In this document: in pieces, positions 56,348 through 64,000 of the stretch
Layout of the letters: each line of letters starts with the position of its first letter
How positions within the stretch are numbered: position 1 is the stretch's first letter
Origin: Patescibacteria group bacterium
Lineage (GTDB): Bacteria; Patescibacteriota; Minisyncoccia; CAIUEV01; JAHKAQ01
Length of the DNA stretch: 64,000 bases
Direction of reading: 5' to 3'
NCBI GenBank assembly: GCA_034716235.1
Contig: JAYEHH010000037.1
Coordinates: 566-64,565, forward strand
Translations under genes and position numbers: made by a program
Notes under the pieces: generated by a model
Database searches by the model: none
Seen by the model: only the letters and a program-made list of their open reading frames with translations
Told to the model about the DNA's origin: nothing

Positions 56348-57001
56348 ATGGAAATTTTTAATCTGAAAGATGAGAATGATTTTGTTGAAGCAGTTAGTAT
56401 TGCCTCTGACTATCTCCAGAGAGGAAAAATAATTGTTTATCCAACGGACACTATTTATGGTTTTGGTTGTGATGCTAAAAACAGGGAAGCTATAGAAGCT
56501 ATTCGTAAATTGAAAATGCGTGAGCAGGAAAAACCTTTTTCGGTAATTATGAAAGATATTACAGAAATTAAGAAATATGTTATTCTTAATAAAATAAGAG
56601 AAAATTTCTTGCAACGAGTTTTCCCTGGTAAATTTACAGTGATTTTAACAAGTAAAAATAAATTTCCAGTTGAACTTACTGGAGGAGGAAAAACTTTAGG
56701 GGTGCGCATTCCTAATTATAGATTGACCAATCATATTGCTGAGAAGTTTGGGAAGCCTTATGTGACTACCAGTGTTAATGTCTCAACGGAAAAACCGGAA
56801 ATTCGAGGTGAGGAAATCATTAGAAAATATCAACGACGGCTTCCTAGGCCAGATTTAGTAATTAATGCCGATGAGTTAATCCAAAAGGATGGGGAATTAA
56901 TGGCTTCAACGGTTATTGATTTGACCAAGGAGAAACCTCAAATTATCCGAATAGGAATAATGAAGCCCAAAGCTTTATTAAAATTATTAAAAGCTTGGTA
57001 A
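56348..57001 (+). CDS. tsaC: L-threonylcarbamoyladenylate synthase TsaC/YrdC
   Basis: IVYPTDTIYGFGCDAKNREAIEAIRKLKMREQEKPFSVIM YrdC signature. Confidence 0.85.
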   Translation: MEIFNLKDENDFVEAVSIASDYLQRGKIIVYPTDTIYGFGCDAKNREAIEAIRKLKMREQEKPFSVIMKDITEIKKYVILNKIRENFLQRVFPGKFTVILTSKNKFPVELTGGGKTLGVRIPNYRLTNHIAEKFGKPYVTTSVNVSTEKPEIRGEEIIRKYQRRLPRPDLVINADELIQKDGELMASTVIDLTKEKPQIIRIGIMKPKALLKLLKAW

Positions 57002-57025
57002 AAAATAAATATAATTTAAACAAAT

Positions 57026-58237
57026 ATGCTTTCTGTTTTTAGTTTATTTCGCAGGTTGAATATTTTTCCTAAGATGTCCAGAGAGTTGGCAGAACAATAC
57101 CTTTCGGTTTTACTCCGTAATTTTGGGATAGGACTCATCCGTCTTTTTGAACCAGTCTATATTTATAAATTAGTTGGAGAACAAATTAAATGGGTGGCTC
57201 TTTACTATGGAGCAACTTATCTGATTCGTTTTTTCTTTATTCCTCTGGCAGGAAAAATTTCAGCTAGATATGGTTTTGAACGTTCTATGACCATGTCGCT
57301 TCCTCTGCAAATAGCCTATTTTTACATACTAACCCTGATTGGCGACCATCACCAGCTAATTTTTGTAGCTCCTTTCTTGTCAGCTCTTTCGTCATCAATT
57401 TATTGGATAGCCTATCACACCAATTTTGCTCATTATGGCGATGACCAAATAAGAGGAAAACAATATTCTGGTTTAAGCTTAATTAATGATATTTTTGCAG
57501 TTGTAGCTCCAATTGTTGGAGGCATTCTTTTAGCTATTTTTAACTTCCAGGTTTTGTTTGTTGTTGCCGGTGTAATCATCTTACTTTCTTGTGTCCCGAT
57601 GCTTTCTACTAAAGAAAAATTTGCACCTTCAAGATTTTCCTATTTTAGAGCTTTAAAAAGAATTATTACTTCCTACAAAACCTATAAACATAATTATCTG
57701 CTATCTTATATAGGCTATGGAGCAGATGTTATTTCTGGAACTTTTTGGGCCATCTTCATAGCAATTATGCTTAAAAATGATTTTTCATTGATGGGCTTTT
57801 TAAGTGGAGCGGTTGCTTTATTGATCGCCACTTACTCAGTGTATATTGGAAGTGCCTATGATAAGCGTAACTTTAATCGAAACCAATCCTCTTATTACAC
57901 CTCTTTAATTATTTATATAGCTTCTTGGCCATTAAGGGTTTTAGCTATTGGTTGGTGGGAGATTTTGTTAATGAAGATTGTGGTTGGTCTGAGTGGTCGG
58001 AGCTTAGAAATAGGTACGATTCCAGCTATGTATCGTCGGGCGGGGATTTATGGCAATTTAAAATATATTGTTTTCTTTTCTCAATCAATTAATTTAGGAA
58101 GAATTCTTTTGTTAGCTATTATTTTCTTTTGGGATTTCTCGCTAGGTATTGGTTGGCAAGAAATATTTATTCTGGGTGGAATTTGGTCAATTCTTATGGG
58201 AGCAATGTGGAGAAAGAAGAGTAGGGGGATTGCTTAA
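57026..58237 (+). CDS. MFS-type transporter (12 TM)
   Basis: Polytopic; MFS motif A-like LAGKISARYGFER between TM2 and TM3. Confidence 0.5.
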   Translation: MLSVFSLFRRLNIFPKMSRELAEQYLSVLLRNFGIGLIRLFEPVYIYKLVGEQIKWVALYYGATYLIRFFFIPLAGKISARYGFERSMTMSLPLQIAYFYILTLIGDHHQLIFVAPFLSALSSSIYWIAYHTNFAHYGDDQIRGKQYSGLSLINDIFAVVAPIVGGILLAIFNFQVLFVVAGVIILLSCVPMLSTKEKFAPSRFSYFRALKRIITSYKTYKHNYLLSYIGYGADVISGTFWAIFIAIMLKNDFSLMGFLSGAVALLIATYSVYIGSAYDKRNFNRNQSSYYTSLIIYIASWPLRVLAIGWWEILLMKIVVGLSGRSLEIGTIPAMYRRAGIYGNLKYIVFFSQSINLGRILLLAIIFFWDFSLGIGWQEIFILGGIWSILMGAMWRKKSRGIA

Positions 58238-58305
58238 AGATTAAAGGGTTTCAGGAATTACTATGATAAGTTACGGCGTTATTTCAAATGATGTGACGCG
58301 AAAGT

Positions 58306-58334
58306 TTGACAGTTACGGTCTCTTTGTTTATATT
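58306..58334 (+). promoter_or_regulatory. Sigma-70-type promoter candidate for the 16S rRNA gene (TTGACA-N17-TATATT)
   Basis: ttgacagttacggtctctttgtttatatt about 115 nt upstream of the mature 16S 5' end. Confidence 0.45.
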
Positions 58335-58566
58335 AAATAAACCGCTGGGCACAAATAGTCGAGCGGTGTTTAAAATAGTGTCCCTTAACAATTTAAGAGC
58401 AAGATAATTGTACAATTCTAATTTTGTACGGTTACCCAACTATTTTTTTTAGAGAGTTTGATCCTGGCTCAGGACGAACGCTGGCAACGTGGATAAGGCA
58501 TGCAAGTCGAGCGGCGCGACTGCCAACTCCTAACATTTAACCAATAACAAACATTAAGCATCTAAG

Positions 58567-58917
58567 ATGTTGAGGTATAGAAATTTTAAGGTCTATAAAG
58601 ACGCAAAAGATTTTCATAAATTAACGGTTAAACTAGCTTCTCAATTTTCTGGAGGCTTCAATTATTTAAGTAACCAGATCCGGAGAAGTTCACTATCGGT
58701 TGTACTGAATATTGCCGAGGGATCGGCAAAGGGTTCAGATAAAGATTTTAATTGTTATTTAAAAAACTCATTGGGCTCAATGAGTGAAACTTTAGCAGGA
58801 TTTGAAATTGCTTTAGAGTTTCAATTAATTTCTCTTTCAGATTTTGAAAATATTGAGGCTAAGGCTAAAAGTATTATTAAACAACTGGGAGGTTTTTCAA
58901 AAAAGTTAAAAGGTTAA
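58567..58917 (+). CDS. Four-helix-bundle 'rRNA intervening-sequence (IVS) protein' encoded inside the first 16S insertion
   Basis: 116 aa. KDAKDFHKLTVKLASQF...SNQIRRSSLSVVLNIAEGSAKGSDKDFNCYLKNSLGSMSETLAGFEIA matches the family normally found in 23S IVS elements (RRS/A-x-SI/V-x-NIAEG; ...GS..E...L). Confidence 0.7.
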   Translation: MLRYRNFKVYKDAKDFHKLTVKLASQFSGGFNYLSNQIRRSSLSVVLNIAEGSAKGSDKDFNCYLKNSLGSMSETLAGFEIALEFQLISLSDFENIEAKAKSIIKQLGGFSKKLKG

Positions 58918-59068
58918 TAGTTAGAAGTTGGTAGTTGCGTAGCGGCAAACGGGTTAGTAACACGTGAGAATCTACCCTAAAGTTTGGAATAACTCGGAGA
59001 AATCCGAGATAATACCAAATATGTTCTTCGGAGTAAAGCCTTCGGGCGCTTTAGGAGGAGCTCGCGTA

Positions 59069-59105
<37 letters not shown>

Positions 59106-59165
59106 TATGACGGTTAGGGAGCGTGAGAGCGTGATTCCCAACATTGGCACTGAAACACTGGCCAA

Positions 59166-59196
<31 letters not shown>

Positions 59197-59763
59197 CCAC
59201 AATGGGGGAAACCCTGATGGAGCGACGTTGCGTGCGGGATGACGGCCTTCGGGTTGTAAACCGCTTTTGTAGGAGATGAATACGCTCAACTTTTTTGATT
59301 TTATTTTTGATTATGTTTTTTATAATTAATAGAATTAAAAAACTTGGGCGTATGACAGTATCCTTTCGAATAAGAGGTTGCTAACTCTGTGCCAGCAGCA
59401 GCGGTGATACAGAGACCTCGAGCGTTGTCCGGATTTATTGGGCGTAAAGGGTTCGTAGGGGGTTTGAAGGGTTTCAAGTAAAATCTTAAGGCTCAACCTT
59501 GAGTTGGCTTGAAAAACTAGCAAACTAGAGCATACCAGAGGTGTTTAGAACTCATGGTGTAGGAGTGAAATCCGTTGAGATCATGGGGAATACCAAAGGC
59601 GAAGGCATAACACTAGGGTATTGCTGACCCTGAGGGACGAAAGCGTGGGGAGCGAAATGGATTAGATACCCATGTAGTCCACGCTGTAAACGATGAGCGC
59701 TAGATATTTGAGGCTTCGACCCCTTGAGTGTCACAGCTAACGCATTAAGCGCTCCGCCTGGGA

Positions 59764-59795
<32 letters not shown>

Positions 59796-59914
59796 AGACG
59801 GGGATCCGCACAAGCGGTGGAGCGTCCGGTTTAATTCGATAATAAGCGTGGAACCTTACCAGGACTTGACATCCCACGATAGCTTTAGAAATAAAGTTTC
59901 CTTCGGGCGTGGTG

Positions 59915-59945
<31 letters not shown>

Positions 59946-60257
59946 CTGTGAAGTGTTCCGTTAAGTCGGGAAACGAGCGCAACCCTTGTCATGTGTTAAA
60001 TTTCTCACATGATACTGCTCGGGTTAACCGAGAGGAAGGCAGGGATGACGTCAAATCAGCATGGCCCTTATGTCCTGGGCTACACGGGCGCTACAATGGC
60101 AAATACAAAGGGTAGCCAAGTCGTAAGACGGAGCTAATCCTCCAAAGTTTGTCTTAGTTCGGATTGAAGGCTGCAACTCGCCTTCATGAAGCTGGAATCG
60201 CTAGTAATCGTGAATCAGCCACGTCACGGTGAATATGTTCCCGGATCTTGTACTCAC

Positions 60258-61176
60258 AATAAAAGCGCCAGGCAGTTTAATAATCCAGAGAGTTAAAATC
60301 TCTCCCTCTGTTCGTCGCAGAGCGTAATAGAAAGATAGGCCTTAAACCGCGAGGTTGAGGCTGAAGGATCTTAAAATAAACTGCAGTCAGATATTTTCAC
60401 AGGCAGTATTGACCCTTGATTGGGCGGTGAGCATGGGGAAAATACGCTAAAAATGCCTATCTGAATGCAGGGAACGGAGTATTAAATAACCCTGGGAGAT
60501 CTTATATTGTCCCACCCAAATTTTTAGTGACTAATAAAAATTGTTATATATTTATTATATGATGAGTAGTCACCATAAATTTGGGCGGGTAATGAAACTT
60601 AAGCAATGTAAGAAGTCAGCTGAGTCATAGTAACTTTCAATGCTATATTGAAACGAAGGACTCATTTTAATGTTATGAAGAAAATAAATTTCGACTATAT
60701 CGTTGGATTGGTAGATGGAGAAGGAAGTTTTACGGTTTATGTAAAAAATCCCTATCTATTGAAAAAAGTAAAGCGTCGATCCAAGGTAGAACCAAGATTT
60801 TATCTTAAGCTTATAGACAAAGATAAAGAGAGTCTCTATAAGCTAAAAGAATTTTTTGGGTGCGGAAATGTTTATTTTCAAAGAGATAGAAGAGCCAACC
60901 ATAGAAATTGTTATCGGTATGAAGTAGTAGCAAGGCAAAATTTGCAGAAGATTATAATACCTTTTTTCAAGAAACATGAATTGAGATTGAGATCAAAGGC
61001 TTATGATTTTAAAATTTTCTGTAAAATAATGGAAAAAATAATAAGGAAAGAACATTTAACTCAAAATGGTTTGGAAAGAATATTCTTCTTGAAGATGAAA
61101 ATGCATTAGAACTCGTCGTATGCGGGAAATCCGCAGGTACGATGGGAACGTCAATGCCAAGTTTCTGGCAGATAAT
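60258..61176 (+). mobile_element. Intron-like insertion (~919 nt) in the 16S 3' domain at about E. coli position 1399/1400, carrying a homing-endonuclease ORF
   Basis: The conserved TGTAC(A/T)CAC and CGCCCGTCACACC halves of the 1390-1410 region are split by 0.9 kb; boundaries are approximate (+/- a few nt). Confidence 0.65.
60648..61109 (+). CDS. Single-motif LAGLIDADG homing endonuclease
   Basis: 153 aa; FDYIVGLVDGEGSFTV (LAGLIDADG motif), ...FFGCGNVYFQRD... typical family architecture. Confidence 0.85.
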   Translation: MKRRTHFNVMKKINFDYIVGLVDGEGSFTVYVKNPYLLKKVKRRSKVEPRFYLKLIDKDKESLYKLKEFFGCGNVYFQRDRRANHRNCYRYEVVARQNLQKIIIPFFKKHELRLRSKAYDFKIFCKIMEKIIRKEHLTQNGLERIFFLKMKMH

Positions 61177-61880
61177 CGCCCGTCACACCAAGAGAGTTGG
61201 TAAGTCCTGAAAGATCGCTTTAAGCGGCATTACGGACAGATCAGCAATAGGGGTGAAGTCGTAACAAGGTATCCGTAGGGGAATCTGCGGATGGATCACC
61301 TCCTTTCTAGGGAGAAAAATCTTGATTGCTTTCTCGTTTTTCACGAGATACCTGCAATCTACATTGGTCGAGAGATAACCTAAATTTATTTAGAATATCT
61401 TTCTGATAAGTTTGATTTTATCAAGCTTATCAAGGTTCTGGAGAGACCTAAACTGCTCCACTAAGTCCTCAGCAGAGTACGCCGAGGCATGTTGGGTAAC
61501 CATATAAAATTAGAATTTAAAAATCTTGTTTGTTAAGTTTTGGGAAGAGTTTGAGAGCAAAAATTGGCACAGAGCCGAAGCTTAAACCTCCATATGCCAC
61601 TCGTGTGGTAATACATTGAAAAATGTCGGAGTTGCTCGGACTTTTAGTAAAAGAGCCGTAGAGAATTTTCTACAATCTGCTCAAGTCATTATTGACTATA
61701 AACAAGGGATGGCACAGAATCAGCTGACTGCGCTGGGTTAAACCAATTAAGCCCACCCTCTTTCAAACTTTCCCAATCAATTTTAGGGAATCTAATATGA
61801 TTCCCTCCAAAACTTAGCAAACAAGTAATAAATTTCTCCGGAAACGATTCTGAAGAACTAAAAAGGGGGGAGATTTTAAA

Positions 61881-61906
61881 AAGACACCCGAGTGGGTGTT
61901 TTTTGA
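61881..61906. terminator. Bidirectional rho-independent terminator between the rRNA transcript (+) and the convergent ABC operon (-)
   Basis: aaaaagacaccc-gagt-gggtgttttttg: 6-bp GC-rich stem flanked by an A-run and a T-run. Confidence 0.55.
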
Positions 61907-62146
61907 GTTGGGGGAGGTATTCTCCCTTGACTTCCACCCCCACGAAGCTAATTTGTCCTTGTTAATAATTAAACAATGACAAACTTATATAAAATTTCAT
62001 CTCTCAAAGAATTCAAAGCCACAACACGAGAAATAGTAGGAGAGCGTCACATTTAATTTGGTTAATTGTAACATTTATGTTATAATTAGAGCATAAAAAT
62101 GTTACAATTATTTTGGGTAAAAGAGTAAGATCTAATTTGTTTTTCT

Positions 62147-62893
62147 CTACACCTGAATTTTTGAAAAAGAATAGCTTCCAATTAATAAAAACAAAAAAGC
62201 GACAGCGAGGAGAACACTAATATCGGTTAATAATCCAAATTGAGAAATGTCTGTTAAGATATTTCTCAAAGCGTCTACTCCGTAAGTAAGAGGATTTATT
62301 TTTGCTAAGGAGACGATAGTTTTCGGCAGACCCTCTAGCGGGAATAAAGCTCCAGAGAGAAAAAATAAAGGCATGACTAAAAAATTTACGATTAGATGAA
62401 AGCCTTGCATATCTTCTAGGTGAGAAGCAATAGCCGTTCCTAAAGCGGTAAAAAGTAAGGATACCAAAAGCATAATAGAGATAGCAAAGAAAATATTTAA
62501 ATAGCTGATAGGACGAAATCCGGCGGCTAGAGACATCAGTAATACTAAAATCCCTTGTGTGGTAGCTACTGTAGCTCCTCCTAATGTTCGGCCGAGCATA
62601 ATATTAAAGCGTGAAATTGGGGCTACCAAAGTTTCTTTTAGAAAGCCGAACTGCCGGTCCCAGATTAGTTCCATGCCTGAAAAAGTAGCGGAAAAGATAA
62701 TGCTCATTCCGATAATTCCCGGAGCTAAAAATTCTAGATAGTTGCCCTCTCCCGCTTTTTGGAAGATTGGTCCGAAGCCGTAACCTAAAGCTAGCAAGAA
62801 AAGCAAAGGCTGAGCCAAAGATCCTATTAATCTGGATTTGGAACGAAAATGTCGTTTGATTTGCCTAAGCCATAAAATATAGATTGCGTTCAT
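62147..62893 (-). CDS. ABC-2 type transporter permease
   Basis: 248 aa with 6 TM helices, directly downstream of the ABC ATPase. Confidence 0.75.
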   Translation of the reverse strand: MNAIYILWLRQIKRHFRSKSRLIGSLAQPLLFLLALGYGFGPIFQKAGEGNYLEFLAPGIIGMSIIFSATFSGMELIWDRQFGFLKETLVAPISRFNIMLGRTLGGATVATTQGILVLLMSLAAGFRPISYLNIFFAISIMLLVSLLFTALGTAIASHLEDMQGFHLIVNFLVMPLFFLSGALFPLEGLPKTIVSLAKINPLTYGVDALRNILTDISQFGLLTDISVLLAVAFLFLLIGSYSFSKIQV

Positions 62894-62899
62894 TTTAAA

Positions 62900-63685
62900 T
62901 TAGCGCTTATTTCTAAATAATCTCATTCGATCAATACCAGTACCTATTTCCTCCCGAATGTTTTTCCCTGTTAGTTTCAAAAAAGCTTTCTCGAGTGAAC
63001 TGGCGTCGGTTTTCTCTTTTAACTCTTTAGCGGATCCATCCGCAATTATTTTCCCATTATCTATAATAACAATGCGTTTAGCAATTTTTTCTGCCTCTTC
63101 CAAATAATGAGTGGTAAAGAATATGGTAGTTTTATTTTTCGTATTTAATTTTTGAATATAGTGCCAAACATGATTTCTGGTTTGCGAATCAAGTCCTAAG
63201 GTTGGTTCATCTAAGAAAAGTATTTTAGGGTGGTGAATAAATCCGCGGGCGATTTCTAGTCGGCGCTTCATCCCACTGGAGAATTTTTTTACTAGATCTT
63301 TCCTGCGGTCCCACAATTCTACGAATTTTAATAATTCTTTAACTCTTTCCCGTCGCACTTTCCGAGGGATACTATAAAGTATTCCATGAAACTCCATATT
63401 TTCGTAGGCGGTAAGTTCATCATCTAGACTGGGATCTTGAAAAACGATTCCAAAAGACCGCCGTACTTCGTTTGGATCTTTCAGAGTGTCGTAGCCGTTA
63501 ATTTTTATTCGGCCGCTATTTTGCCGCAGAAGAGTAGTAAGCATTTTTATGGTGGTTGACTTGCCAGCGCCGTTTGGTCCTAAAAAAGCAAAAAGTTCTC
63601 CCTTTTTAACGCTGAAGGAAATATTATCAACGGCAGTTAAGCCGTTGAATTTTTTAGTGAGATTTTTTACTTGGATTGCTTCCAT
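62900..63685 (-). CDS. ABC transporter ATP-binding protein
   Basis: Walker A GPNGAGKST, signature FSSGMKRRLEIA, Walker B ILFLDEPT, H-loop. Confidence 0.93.
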   Translation of the reverse strand: MEAIQVKNLTKKFNGLTAVDNISFSVKKGELFAFLGPNGAGKSTTIKMLTTLLRQNSGRIKINGYDTLKDPNEVRRSFGIVFQDPSLDDELTAYENMEFHGILYSIPRKVRRERVKELLKFVELWDRRKDLVKKFSSGMKRRLEIARGFIHHPKILFLDEPTLGLDSQTRNHVWHYIQKLNTKNKTTIFFTTHYLEEAEKIAKRIVIIDNGKIIADGSAKELKEKTDASSLEKAFLKLTGKNIREEIGTGIDRMRLFRNKR

Positions 63686-64000
63686 AGAGGCAGGCTATAA
63701 AAAAGTAAGAATGGAATTTTTTATTGCACTCCTTCTTTATAGCATTATTGGTTAGATTCTCAAGGGTTGTTTATTTAATTGTTAGCTTATTTGAAACTAA
63801 CGAATTTTGTAAATAACGCTAGGGTAGCTTTCTTCCGATAGGAGCATTAGTCTTTAACACTTGAGCCAGGGTGTAAAAACCCTGGTTTTATTTTAGTCTA
63901 GATCGTCAAGGGGATTACAAAAACGATCTTCTCCGAATTTTCCGGTAGATATTAGTTTCTTGGGAATTATTAAAACTTTCTAAAGTTTTTATTAAAGCTT

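Noticed and set aside
61312-62146. 23S rRNA or tRNA genes in the ~830-nt region after the 16S
   Set aside because: No 23S 5' signature (e.g. GGATGCCTTGGC) and no cloverleaf-compatible tRNA segment found. The region instead contains the 3' half of the 16S processing stem and a terminator.

Overview
This window looks like an AT-rich genome (roughly 35-40% GC by eye) from a Candidate Phyla Radiation / Patescibacteria-like bacterium; the lineage assignment is an inference from gene content, not a measurement. Standard-code ORFs are full length, so there is no sign of UGA recoding.

Gene content, left to right:
- 1-15.1 kb: the str/S10/spc ribosomal-protein supercluster (rpsL partial, rpsG, fusA, an inserted HD-hydrolase gene, tuf, rpsJ, then rplC through rplO). 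L30 is absent and nothing follows L15: no secY, adk, infA or alpha operon.
- 15.1-29.5 kb: an accessory island. It holds a class-IV aminotransferase, a membrane-anchored C39-like peptidase, a small GIY-YIG nuclease flanked by inverted hairpin repeats, a secreted beta-helix/LCAT-like lipase, a truncated DpnA-like N6-adenine methyltransferase fused to a DpnI-like methyl-directed restriction endonuclease, and a glycan cluster (GH1, DMT transporter, GH5-like, ROK kinase, two GT-C-like membrane proteins).
- 29.6-58.2 kb: housekeeping genes. In order: NIF3-like, M16 peptidase, AI-2E transporter, metG, tatD, tRNA-Leu(TAG), a UvrD-helicase/Fe-S RecB-nuclease fusion, a TasA/camelysin-like protein plus a lamin-tail-domain secreted protein, prmC, prfA, rpmE, pgk-eno-gpmI, a PfkB kinase, PduL-ackA, recJ, rnhA, a sugar nucleotidyltransferase, tsaC and an MFS transporter.
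- 58.45-61.3 kb: a 16S rRNA gene not followed by 23S. It carries two large insertions, one encoding a four-helix-bundle IVS protein and one intron-like element near E. coli position 1400 encoding a single-motif LAGLIDADG homing endonuclease.
- 62.1-63.7 kb: a convergent ABC-2 exporter.

Intergenic regions are colonised by a modular repeat family made of GC-rich hairpin modules (core GTCATTCCCGCGAAAGCGGGAATCCCGG and GGTCACCCTCTGGGTGA) combined with AT-rich heptamer/nonamer tandem arrays. Copies sit at roughly 15 loci. One inverted pair brackets fusA and another brackets a 9.3-kb segment.
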